Below are positions 10,803 to 19,800 of a DNA stretch of 64,000 nt, piece by piece. The position numbers were made by a program, and so were the translations under genes. The notes below the pieces were generated by a model. The model ran no database searches and was not told the DNA's origin. It saw nothing but the letters and a program-made list of their open reading frames with translations. The stretch is from Alphaproteobacteria bacterium (lineage in GTDB: Bacteria > Pseudomonadota > Alphaproteobacteria > MPNO01 > UBA830). The stretch is taken from positions 736,001-800,000 of the forward strand of contig OZ251539.1 of the NCBI GenBank assembly GCA_965243135.1, written 5' to 3'. Numbering within the stretch: position 1 is the first letter of the stretch; every line of letters starts with the position of its first letter.

Positions 10803-11816
10803 TCAGAGCCCGAGTCCGAAGACGCGTTTCGCGTTGCCGGAAAGAAGCTTCTCCTTGTCGGCGTCGGACAGCCAGTCGAAAGACGCGATGTGGTGAGCGA
10901 CGTCGTCCATGTGCCGCCCGGTGTCCGGATTGATCGAGGAGCCGACGCCCGGACATTCGGCGCCGAACAGGCACTGGTCGACGCCCGCCACGCGGATCAG
11001 CAGCTCGATCGCTTCCGGCGTGTACAGAACCGTGTCGTAATGCAGGCGGCGCATTCGCCGGCTGAACCGTTCCGCGCCCTCGCGCCGCAACGTGCCGGAC
11101 TCGAAGCGTCCGAGCTGGTAGGGAATCGCGCCGCCGCCGTGGCTCACGACGATCTTGAGATCCGGAAAGTCGTCGAGGACGGCGGAGTTCACCAGACCGT
11201 ACACGGCCGTCGTCTCCTCGTTGATGAAGCGCAAGGAGTAGGGTTCCCGTTCGGACCTCGATCCGGTGCCGTGAATGTGAGCCGGAACGTCGAGTTCGCA
11301 CAGCTTCTCGTAGAGGGGATACCAGTAGCGGTCGCCCAGAGCCGGCGGATGGACGCCGGTGTTTTCGTAGGGGTCGGGGTTGAGCAGGCATCCTCTGAAG
11401 CCGAGCTCGCCGACGCAGCGTTCAAGTTCGGCGATCGCCATGTCGAGCGGTTCCCCGCAGGGCTGCGGCAGACCGGCGACGCCGACGAAGCGGTTCGGGT
11501 ACAACTGCGTTTCGCGGTAAATGACGTCGTTGCACTCCTCGTGGAACCATTGCACGAGTTTCGCGGGTTTTTCGGAGTGCATGAGCTGGAAGGGCCGCGG
11601 CGACAGGAGCTGCAGGTCGGTCCCCAGTTCGTCGAGGTAGCTCATGTGGCTGTGTCCCGATCCGGGGAAGTGCTTTTCTTCGACGGAGCGGCGGATGTCG
11701 TCGTCGCTGACGACGACCTTGCCCCGGCCGTGCGAACCGCGATGGGCCAGCAGCGTGGCCTTGTAGGCCCAGAGTTCCGCGGGCGCGCTGACGTGGGCGT
11801 GACAGTCGATTATCAT
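10803..11816 (-). CDS. ligY: Amidohydrolase-fold meta-cleavage product hydrolase, LigY-like
   Basis: MIIDCHAHVSAPAELWAYKATLLAHRGSHGRG..LLNPDPYEN..LGDRYWYPLYEKLCELD..SHGGGAIPYQLGRFES..ECPGVGS closely resembles recalled SYK-6 LigY. Confidence 0.85.
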   Translation of the reverse strand: MIIDCHAHVSAPAELWAYKATLLAHRGSHGRGKVVVSDDDIRRSVEEKHFPGSGHSHMSYLDELGTDLQLLSPRPFQLMHSEKPAKLVQWFHEECNDVIYRETQLYPNRFVGVAGLPQPCGEPLDMAIAELERCVGELGFRGCLLNPDPYENTGVHPPALGDRYWYPLYEKLCELDVPAHIHGTGSRSEREPYSLRFINEETTAVYGLVNSAVLDDFPDLKIVVSHGGGAIPYQLGRFESGTLRREGAERFSRRMRRLHYDTVLYTPEAIELLIRVAGVDQCLFGAECPGVGSSINPDTGRHMDDVAHHIASFDWLSDADKEKLLSGNAKRVFGLGL

Positions 11817-11882
11817 GTGACGGTCCTCCGCAGGGGCGCGAGCGGCGCCGATGACGAAAGATCAAGGATAGGGAGACGCAAG

Positions 11883-13439
11883 ATGAACGGCAAACGGAGA
11901 ACGACCCGAAAATCGGGCGGACGGTTTCTTGCCGCGGCGGCGGCCGCCGTCATGATCGCGGCGCCGGCCGCGGCGCAGAAGTCGAAGGACACGCTGCGAG
12001 TAGGCTTCTACGATCCGATCGCGGGCGTGGACCTGATTTACGATCCCAAGGGCGAAACCTCGTTCACGGCTCGCGCGGTGTTCGACACGCTGATCTCCTA
12101 CAACGAGGAAACCAGGGAGTTCGAACCGCTGCTGGCCAAGTCGTGGCGGCGTCTCGACCCGACGACCTACGAGTTCGAGTTGCGGGACGACGTGAAGTTC
12201 CACGACGGCTCGCCGCTGGATGCCGACGACGTCGTCTACACGCTCAACTGGCTCGCGGATCCGAAGGTCAAGTTCCGCATCAAGACGCGCTTTCTGTGGA
12301 TCGACAAGGCCGAGAAGGTCGATCGTTACACCGTGCGCGTGACGACGAAGGGGCCGCGGGCGGTCGCGCTCGCTCGTTTCGCCGTGAGCATTCCGATATT
12401 TCCGTCCGACGTTCACGGCGCGATGAAGAACAAGGCGGCGTTCGGGAAGCAGGCGATCGGAACCGGGCCTTACAAGCTGGTCTCCTATCATCCCGACAAG
12501 GGCGTTCGGCTAGCGCGCAACCCGGATTACCGGCATGGCGTTCCCTCCAAACCGGCCGGCAGGATCGAGAACGTCCATGCCCTGCCCATTCCCGACATCC
12601 AGACCCAGGTCGCGCAGCTCGTCACCGGCGGCCTCGACATGATCCACAACGTTCCCAAGGATCAGGCGGACAACCTTTCCCAGGATCCGCGGCTCGCGAT
12701 CACGATCAGCAACGGCATCCTGTTCCGGTACATCGCTCTCGACGCCGTCGGACGCACCGGACGCGACGACCTGAAGGACGTCCGGGTGCGGCGTGCGTTG
12801 ATCCATGCGATCGATCGCGATTCGATCCGCCGCAATATCTTTGCGGGCGGCGACGCCGTGAGGAAGATGGATTCGATTTGCAAGCCCATGCAGATCGGCT
12901 GCGTTTTCGACCGGAACCCTCCCGCCTACGATCCGGCGGCGGCGAGGAAGCTTCTGAAGGAAGCGGGCAGGACCGGACTGCAACTGGAAATCACCACGCT
13001 GCTCGAGGCGCGCAAGGTGGCCGAGGCGATCGCGGGATATTTCAGGGCCGTCGGCGTGAAGGCGTCGATCAAGACGCAGACCTTCGGCGCCTACCGGAAG
13101 CTGCAGAGGGCGGGCAAGATCCAGGCGCTGGTTCACCAGTTCAGTTCGGGCGGCGTTCCCGACGTCGACGCTCTGGTCACCTACTATTTCGCCAGCAAGG
13201 CCCGCGACTATTACGGAGACGCTCAGATCAAGGGTTGGATGAAGGAGGCGGGTTCGATCTTCGACGTCGCCGAGCGGGAAAAGCTTTATCGCATGATCTT
13301 CGACCGCATCAACGAGCAGGTTTACGTCATTCCCATTGCGAGCCTGCCGTCCGTGTTTTTGCACGCGAAGGATCTGGCCGTCGACAAGGGCATCATCAAT
13401 CCCTTCGGCGCGCAGATGAGCCGGATCGGCTGGAAGTAA
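11883..13439 (+). CDS. ABC transporter substrate-binding protein, family 5 (copy 1)
   Basis: Signal peptide; PLLAKSW, LRDDVKFHDGSPLDADDV and IGTGPYK motifs; GGGAG RBS. Confidence 0.93.
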   Translation: MNGKRRTTRKSGGRFLAAAAAAVMIAAPAAAQKSKDTLRVGFYDPIAGVDLIYDPKGETSFTARAVFDTLISYNEETREFEPLLAKSWRRLDPTTYEFELRDDVKFHDGSPLDADDVVYTLNWLADPKVKFRIKTRFLWIDKAEKVDRYTVRVTTKGPRAVALARFAVSIPIFPSDVHGAMKNKAAFGKQAIGTGPYKLVSYHPDKGVRLARNPDYRHGVPSKPAGRIENVHALPIPDIQTQVAQLVTGGLDMIHNVPKDQADNLSQDPRLAITISNGILFRYIALDAVGRTGRDDLKDVRVRRALIHAIDRDSIRRNIFAGGDAVRKMDSICKPMQIGCVFDRNPPAYDPAAARKLLKEAGRTGLQLEITTLLEARKVAEAIAGYFRAVGVKASIKTQTFGAYRKLQRAGKIQALVHQFSSGGVPDVDALVTYYFASKARDYYGDAQIKGWMKEAGSIFDVAEREKLYRMIFDRINEQVYVIPIASLPSVFLHAKDLAVDKGIINPFGAQMSRIGWK

Positions 13440-13716
13440 GGTCGGCGGAGACCGGGAAGGCCCGGGTTCCGCCCCGGGTCTCCCGAGGTTGCGCGCGCGG
13501 CGTACGACCGGTTTCGCGCGGAATCCGGACGAACGCTCGCGAGCGCCCGCCTCGGGCGAGGCGCGCCGTCGGCTGCGCGCGGCGGTTGAAACGGCGCAAC
13601 GGCCGGGAGCGGGGTTCCGGCAGGTGGACCGCCTCTTCCTTCGAGGCCATCATGCCTTCCGGTTCGCGCGCCCGCCGCAGCGGGCGACGCGGCGCCTGTG
13701 CCGTCGGGAGAAAGAA

Positions 13717-15444
13717 ATGCAAGACGTTGCCCGCCAAGACGCAGACTCCAGAGCTCTTTCCCCTTCCGCCGCCGAAGCCCTTCTCGTCCGGCTCAAGCGG
13801 AACGGCGTCGATTACCTCTTCGCGAACGCCGGCACGGATTTCGCGCCGATCGTCGAAGGCTACGCCGCGGCCGCGACCAAGAGCGGTCTCGGCGCCATGC
13901 CCGAACCTCTCGTCATCCCGCACGAAACGGCGGCGGTCGCCATGGCGCACGGCTACTATCTCGTCACCGGCCGCCCCCAGGCCGCGATGGTGCACGTCAA
14001 CGTCGGTCTCGCCAATTCGCTGATGGGACTGATCAACGCGGCCAGCGACCAGATCCCGCTGTTCATGATGGCCGGCCGCACGCCGCTCACCGAGCACGGT
14101 CGCCTCGGCTCGCGAATGGCGCCGATACATTACGGCCAGGAGATGCGCGATCAGGCGGCGATGGTCCGCGAAGTGACCAAGTGGGACTACGAACTGCGCT
14201 ATCCCGAGCAGGCCGAGCTTCTGGTCGACCGCGGCCTGACGATCGCCATGACGGAACCTCGGGGTCCGGTATTTCTTGGATTGCCGCGCGAACCGCTGGC
14301 CGAGCGGCAACCGATGGATCACGCCGCCGACGTTCCGCTTCAATCGGCGCCGACGCCCGCCCGGCCCGATCCGGATGCGGTTCGCAAGGCGGCAAGGATG
14401 CTGGCGGCCGCGAACAACCCGTTGATCGTCGTCCAGCGCGGCGACCCGGAGGGCCGGCTTGCGGCGGCGCTTGCGCGCCTTTCCGAAGCGGCTGCGGCGC
14501 CGGTCGTGGAAAACCTCGCGCTCCGCAACGTCCTGCCGACCGCCCATCCTCTGCACGGCGGCTACGACGTCGGACCGTGGATCGGCGAAGCGGACTTCGT
14601 TCTGGTCGTTCAGTCGCAGGTGCCGTGGGTGCAGCGCAGTCAACGTCCCGCGGCCGGCGCCTGCGTCGTTCATGTCGGCCCCGATCCGCTGTTCCGATCG
14701 ATGCCGGTGCGGAGCTTTCGGAACGACCTTGCGATTTGCGGCGATGCCGCGCATACGGTCGACGCCATCGCCGAAGCGCTGAACGGTCCGGCGTCGGACG
14801 AGCGGAGGCGGACCGTCGCTGCGCGCGCGGACCGGCGGCGCGCGGACGCCGCGGCGGCCGCGGACAAGGGAGGCGGCACGCCGATGACGCCGCCGTACGT
14901 CGGCAAATGCCTCTCCGAGATTCTCGGCGGCGACGGCGTGGTATTCAGCGAACTCGGGGTCAATCCGTCCTTCATGGACCTCAAGGGACCCAACCGATTC
15001 TTCTCCGTCCCGTTCTCGGGCGGACTCGGGTGGGGCTTGCCTGCGGCGCTGGGAGCGGCGCTCGCCGATCGGGAACGGCTGGTCGTCGCCTGCGTCGGCG
15101 ACGGGTCGTACATATTCGCGAATCCGGTCGCCTGCCACCAGGTGGCGGAGGCGCAAAACTTGCCGGTGCTGACGGTGGTGATGAACAACGGCATTTGGAA
15201 CGCGGTGCGGCGGGCGGCGCGGAACGTCTATCCGGAGGGCGAGGCGGCGCGGATGAACCAGCTGCCGATCACGTCGCTGGAACCGCTGCCCGACTTCTGC
15301 CGAATCGCCGAAGCGAGCCGCGGTCACGCGGAGCGCGTCGCGGACGGCTCCGCGCTGCCGGCGGCGCTGGCGCGCGCGGTCGAGGTCGTCCGCAAGGAGC
15401 GACGCCATGCGCTGGTCGAGGCGCGGGTCGCGATTCCCGATTGA
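13717..15444 (+). CDS. Thiamine-diphosphate-dependent enzyme (decarboxylase/acetolactate synthase superfamily)
   Basis: GVDYLFANAGTDF, PHETAAVAMAHGY, GGLGWGLPAALGA and the ThDP motif GDGSY..NN. Confidence 0.9.
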   Translation: MQDVARQDADSRALSPSAAEALLVRLKRNGVDYLFANAGTDFAPIVEGYAAAATKSGLGAMPEPLVIPHETAAVAMAHGYYLVTGRPQAAMVHVNVGLANSLMGLINAASDQIPLFMMAGRTPLTEHGRLGSRMAPIHYGQEMRDQAAMVREVTKWDYELRYPEQAELLVDRGLTIAMTEPRGPVFLGLPREPLAERQPMDHAADVPLQSAPTPARPDPDAVRKAARMLAAANNPLIVVQRGDPEGRLAAALARLSEAAAAPVVENLALRNVLPTAHPLHGGYDVGPWIGEADFVLVVQSQVPWVQRSQRPAAGACVVHVGPDPLFRSMPVRSFRNDLAICGDAAHTVDAIAEALNGPASDERRRTVAARADRRRADAAAAADKGGGTPMTPPYVGKCLSEILGGDGVVFSELGVNPSFMDLKGPNRFFSVPFSGGLGWGLPAALGAALADRERLVVACVGDGSYIFANPVACHQVAEAQNLPVLTVVMNNGIWNAVRRAARNVYPEGEAARMNQLPITSLEPLPDFCRIAEASRGHAERVADGSALPAALARAVEVVRKERRHALVEARVAIPD

Positions 15445-15730
15445 TCCATGGCCGCCGTTGTTTCGGAAACGGAGAGGCTGACCTCCTCCGAGGATCGCGT
15501 TTGGATTTCTTCGTCCCGGCGGCCCGGAGGCGATCCGTTCGGCGCAGGGACCGTCCCGTTGCGCCCGTCGCTTCCCCCAACGTCTCCCGCGGAGCGTCCG
15601 CAACGACGTCGTCGCGCGAATTCGGTTCAGGGCGAAAGGATCGGCTGACGCAAGCCCTGCGAAAGACTACGATGCGGCTCATCGGCGCTTGACGCCCCGG
15701 CGAAGTCCGCCGGAGACAGGGAGACATGAA

Positions 15731-17260
15731 ATGCAGTGCAAAATTCTGATTGCGGCGGCGACCGCCGCAGTTTTGGCCGGCGGATCCACTCCGGCGCAGA
15801 AATCCGCGGACACGCTGCGAGTCGGCTTCTACGATCCGATTCCGGGCGTGGACCTGGTTTACGATCCCAAGGGCGAAACCTCGTTCACGGCGCGCGCGGT
15901 ATTCGACACGCTGATTTCCTACAACGAGAAAACCAGGGAGTTCGAACCGCTGCTGGCGAAATCGTGGAGTCGGCCGAACGCGACGACGTACGAGTTCAAG
16001 CTGCGCGACGACGTGAAGTTCCATGACGGCTCGCCGCTGGACGCGGACGACGTGGTCTACACGTTGAACTGGCTGGCCGATCCGAAGGTCAAGTTCCGCA
16101 TCAAGACGCGCTTTCTCTGGATCGACAAGGCCGAGAAGGTCGATCGCTACACCGTGCGCGTGACCACCAAGGGACCGCGAGCGGTCGCGCTGGCGCGGTT
16201 CGCCGTCAGCGTGCCGATTCTGCCTTCCGACGCGCACGGCGCCATGAAGAACAAGGCGGCGTTCGGGAAGAAGCCGATTGGAACGGGTCCTTACAAGGTC
16301 GTGTCCTACGATCCCAGCAGCGGCGTCCGGATGGCGCGGAACCCCGACTATCGGCACGGCGTCGCTTCCAAGCCCGCCGGCCGGATCGAAAACGTCCACA
16401 TCCTGCCGATTCCCGACATTCAGACCCAGGTCGCGCAGCTCGTCACCGGCGGCATCGACATGATTCACAACGTCCCCAAGGATCAGGCCGACAACCTGTC
16501 GCAGGATCCGCGGCTGGCAATGACCGTCAGCAACGGAATCCTGTATCGCTACATCGCGTTCGACGCGTTGGGACGATCCGGGATCGACGACCTCAAGGAT
16601 GCGCGGGTGCGCCGGGCGCTCGTCCACGCAATCGATCGCGATTCGATACGCCGCAATATCTTCGCGGGCGGCGACGCGGTGAGGAAGATGGATTCCATCT
16701 GCAAGCCGCTGCAGATCGGTTGCGCCTTCGACCGCAAGCCGCCGGCCTACGATCCCGCGGCGGCGAAGAGGTTGCTGGCGGAGGCCGGAAAGACCGGCCT
16801 CAAGCTGGAGATCACGACGCTGCCGGAATCCCGCAAGGTGGCGGAGGCGGTGGCGGGCTATCTGCGAGCCGTCGGGGTGCAGGCTTCCCTCAAGAGCGTT
16901 ACGTTCGGCGCCTACAGGAAGCTGCAGCGATCCGGAAAGATCCAGACGCTGGTCCACCAGTTCAGTTCGGGCGGCGTTCCCGACGTCGACGCGCTGGTCA
17001 CCTTCTACTTCGCCAGCAAGGCGCGCGACTACTACGGAGACGATCAGATCAAGGGTTGGATGAAGCAGGCGGGTTCCATCTTCGACACCGCCGAGCGGGA
17101 GAAGCTCTACCGCAAGATCTTCAACCGGATCAACGATCAGGCCTACGTCATTCCGATCGCCAGTCTGCCCTCGGTATTCGTGCACGCGAAGGATCTGGCG
17201 ATCGACGAAGGGATCATCAATCCCTTCGGCGCGCAGATAGGACGGATCAGCTGGAAGTGA
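15731..17260 (+). CDS. ABC transporter substrate-binding protein, family 5 (copy 2)
   Basis: Close paralog of 11883-13439; GGGAG RBS. Confidence 0.93.
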   Translation: MQCKILIAAATAAVLAGGSTPAQKSADTLRVGFYDPIPGVDLVYDPKGETSFTARAVFDTLISYNEKTREFEPLLAKSWSRPNATTYEFKLRDDVKFHDGSPLDADDVVYTLNWLADPKVKFRIKTRFLWIDKAEKVDRYTVRVTTKGPRAVALARFAVSVPILPSDAHGAMKNKAAFGKKPIGTGPYKVVSYDPSSGVRMARNPDYRHGVASKPAGRIENVHILPIPDIQTQVAQLVTGGIDMIHNVPKDQADNLSQDPRLAMTVSNGILYRYIAFDALGRSGIDDLKDARVRRALVHAIDRDSIRRNIFAGGDAVRKMDSICKPLQIGCAFDRKPPAYDPAAAKRLLAEAGKTGLKLEITTLPESRKVAEAVAGYLRAVGVQASLKSVTFGAYRKLQRSGKIQTLVHQFSSGGVPDVDALVTFYFASKARDYYGDDQIKGWMKQAGSIFDTAEREKLYRKIFNRINDQAYVIPIASLPSVFVHAKDLAIDEGIINPFGAQIGRISWK

Positions 17261-17268
17261 CCCTGCAT

Positions 17269-17293
17269 GCCCCGCCCCATGACCGGGCGGGGC
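17269..17293 (+). terminator. GC-rich hairpin after SBP copy 2
   Basis: gccccgcc-N9-ggcggggc stem immediately after the stop codon; U-tract is weak. Confidence 0.4.
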
Positions 17294-17294
17294 C

Positions 17295-17480
17295 TTACGC
17301 CGCTGCCGCTTCGCTCCCGTCGACGTAACCGAAGCGGCCCTTCCGGTCGTCGTCGACGAGCTCGTCGATCCGCTTGCGGGTGCGGTCGAACGTTTCCCGC
17401 GTGCAAGGCTCGAAGGCGAGGCGTTCGCCCGGGCGCGTCGACCGCGCACTTCTCCGGCAGTTCGCGCAGGAAATAACGCG
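17295..17480 (-). pseudogene. Remnant resembling the C-terminus of a NitT/TauT-type binding protein (second copy at about 19230-19420)
   Basis: Frameshifted pieces YFLRELPEK..PGERLAFEPCTRETFDRTRKRIDEL resemble the 'GPGERxVFEPYTREVF' tail recalled for that family. Confidence 0.35.
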
Positions 17481-17581
17481 TGCAGCGTTCCGGTTCGATG
17501 CCCCGCAGCGTCGGTCGGTTTCCGGAAATCGAACGGCCGCGGCGTCGCGGACGGGATTTCGGTTCGGCCGAATGGACCGGC

Positions 17582-17596
17582 TGGCGAGAGCCTTGC
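17582..17596 (+). promoter_or_regulatory. Candidate sigma-54 (-24/-12) promoter for SBP copy 3
   Basis: TGGC-gagagcc-TTGC with canonical spacing, about 70 bp upstream of the ATG; the copy-2 equivalent (15646-15660) is TGAC-N7-CTGC. Confidence 0.4.
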
Positions 17597-17664
17597 GAAA
17601 GGCTACGATGCGAATTCGGTTCATCGCGCCCCGGCGCAGTCCGCCGGAGACAGGGAGACACGAA

Positions 17665-19194
17665 ATGCAGTGCAAAATTCTGGTTGCGGCGGCGACCGCC
17701 GCAGTTCTGACCGGCGGACCCGCTCCGGCGCAGAAGTCCGCGGACACGCTGCGAGTCGGCTTCTACGATCCGATTCCGGGCGTGGACCTGATTTACGATC
17801 CCAAGACCGAAACCACGTTCACGGCGCGCGCGGTGTTCGACACGCTGATTTCCTACGACGAGAAGACCAAGGAGTTCGAACCGCTGCTGGCGAAATCGTG
17901 GAGCCGGCCGGACGCGACGACGTACGAGTTCAATCTGCGCGACGACGTGAAGTTCCATGACGGCTCGCCGCTGGACGCGGACGATGTCGTCTACACGCTC
18001 AACTGGCTCGCGGACCCGAAGGTCAAGTTCCGCATCAAGACGCGCTTTCTCTGGATCGACAAGGCCGAGAAGGTCGATCGCTACACCGTGCGCGTGACCA
18101 CCAAGGGACCGCGGGCGGCCGCGTTGGCGCGGTTCGCCGTCAGCGTGCCGATTCTGCCGTCCGACGCGCACGGCGCCATGAAGAACAAGGCGGCGTTCGG
18201 GAAGAAGCCGATCGGAACGGGTCCCTACAAGGTCGTGTCGTACGATCCGAACGGCGGCGTCCGGATGGCGCGGAACCCCGACTACCGGCACGGCGTTCCT
18301 TCCAAGCCCGCCGGCCGGATCGAAAACGTCCATATCCTGCCGATTCCCGATATTCAGACCCAGGTCGCGCAACTCCTCACCGGCGGCATCGATCTGATTC
18401 ACAACGTGCCTAAGGATCAGGCCGACAACCTGTCGCAGGATCCGCGGCTGGCAATGACCGTCAGCAACGGAATCCTGTATCGCTACATCGCGTTCGACGC
18501 GTTGGGGCGTTCCGGGATCGACGATTTGAAGGATGCGCGGGTGCGCCGGGCGCTCGTCCATGCGATCGATCGCGATTCGATTCGCCGCAATATCTTCGCG
18601 GGCGGCGACGCGGTGAGGAAGATGGACTCCATCTGCAAGCCGCTGCAGATCGGTTGCGCCTTCGACCGCAAGCCGCCGGCCTACGACCCCGCGGCGGCGA
18701 AGAGATTGCTGGCGGAGGCCGGAAAGACCGGTCTCAAGCTGGAGATCACGACGTTGCCGGAATCGCGCAAGGTGGCGGAGGCGGTGGCGGGCTATCTGCG
18801 AGCCGTCGGGGTGCAGGCTTCCCTCAAGAGCGTCACGTTCGGCTCCTACAGGAAGCTGCAGCGATCCGGAAAGATCCAGACGCTGGTCCACCAGTTCGGC
18901 TCCGGCGGCGTTCCCGACGTCGACGCGCTGGTCACCTTCTACTTCGCCAGCAAGGCGCGCGATTACTACGGAGACGATCGGATCAAGGGCTGGATGAAGA
19001 AGGCGGGTTCGATCTTCGACGTTGCCGAGCGGGAGAAGCTCTACCGCAAGATCTTCAACCGGATCAACGATCAGGCCTACGTCATTCCGATCGCCAGTCT
19101 GCCTTCGGTATTCGTGCACGCAAAGGATCTGGAGATCGACGAAGGGATCATCATTCCCTTCGGCGTGCAGATGGGACGGATCAGCTGGAAATGA
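17665..19194 (+). CDS. ABC transporter substrate-binding protein, family 5 (copy 3)
   Basis: Nearly identical to copy 2. Confidence 0.93.
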   Translation: MQCKILVAAATAAVLTGGPAPAQKSADTLRVGFYDPIPGVDLIYDPKTETTFTARAVFDTLISYDEKTKEFEPLLAKSWSRPDATTYEFNLRDDVKFHDGSPLDADDVVYTLNWLADPKVKFRIKTRFLWIDKAEKVDRYTVRVTTKGPRAAALARFAVSVPILPSDAHGAMKNKAAFGKKPIGTGPYKVVSYDPNGGVRMARNPDYRHGVPSKPAGRIENVHILPIPDIQTQVAQLLTGGIDLIHNVPKDQADNLSQDPRLAMTVSNGILYRYIAFDALGRSGIDDLKDARVRRALVHAIDRDSIRRNIFAGGDAVRKMDSICKPLQIGCAFDRKPPAYDPAAAKRLLAEAGKTGLKLEITTLPESRKVAEAVAGYLRAVGVQASLKSVTFGSYRKLQRSGKIQTLVHQFGSGGVPDVDALVTFYFASKARDYYGDDRIKGWMKKAGSIFDVAEREKLYRKIFNRINDQAYVIPIASLPSVFVHAKDLEIDEGIIIPFGVQMGRISWK

Positions 19195-19800
19195 CCCTGG
19201 GAGCCCCGCCCCTTGACCGGGCGGAGTGTTGCGCCGCCGCCGATTTGCCCGCATCGAGGTGACCGAAGCGGCCCCTCCGGTCGTCGTCGATGAAGATCGG
19301 ACTCGTCGACCCGCTTGCGGGTGGGGTCGAACGTTTCCCGCATGCAAGGCTCGAAGGCGGGGCGTTCGCCCGGGCGCGTCGACCGCGCATTTCTCTGGCA
19401 GTTCGAGCGGGAAATAATGCGTGTGGCGTTCAGCGGCCCGGTCGACGGTCCGGCGACAGGCCGCAAAGATGTCGCAGGCGCGGCCCCGTTCGCAGGATTC
19501 GAAGGTGCAGCGCCTCACCTCGTCGGGCGCCTGTTCGACGCCCGCGACGTTCGCAGACCAGATTCGCCGGCTTGCTCACCGCGAACTCGCAACGGCGCCC
19601 CTCGTTCATAGCCGTGCTCTTCGGCGATCCACTCATGCAGCCGCTCGTGAGATCGCACCACGAAATTCGCCGTGGTTTCCTCTCCTTCCATGCGGGTCGA
19701 TCCGCCGTGTCCCGTAAACCACCCGACTCGCATTTTTCGCGTCGGCGCGATGACAGGCCGGCGGGCGGTGGGGTAGGGTAGGGCGAAACGGGGGAGCGCC

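Larger units (their letters stand above)
15610..19420 (+). repeat. Tandem duplication of a ~1.93 kb unit (leader, SBP gene and downstream region)
   Basis: About 15610-17480 aligns by eye with about 17545-19420; the two start codons are 1934 bp apart. Confidence 0.9.

Noticed and set aside
10803-11816. Calling this gene ligJ and the dioxygenase desZ
   Set aside because: Their N-termini match recalled LigY and LigZ much better, and ligXa lies in the same cluster.
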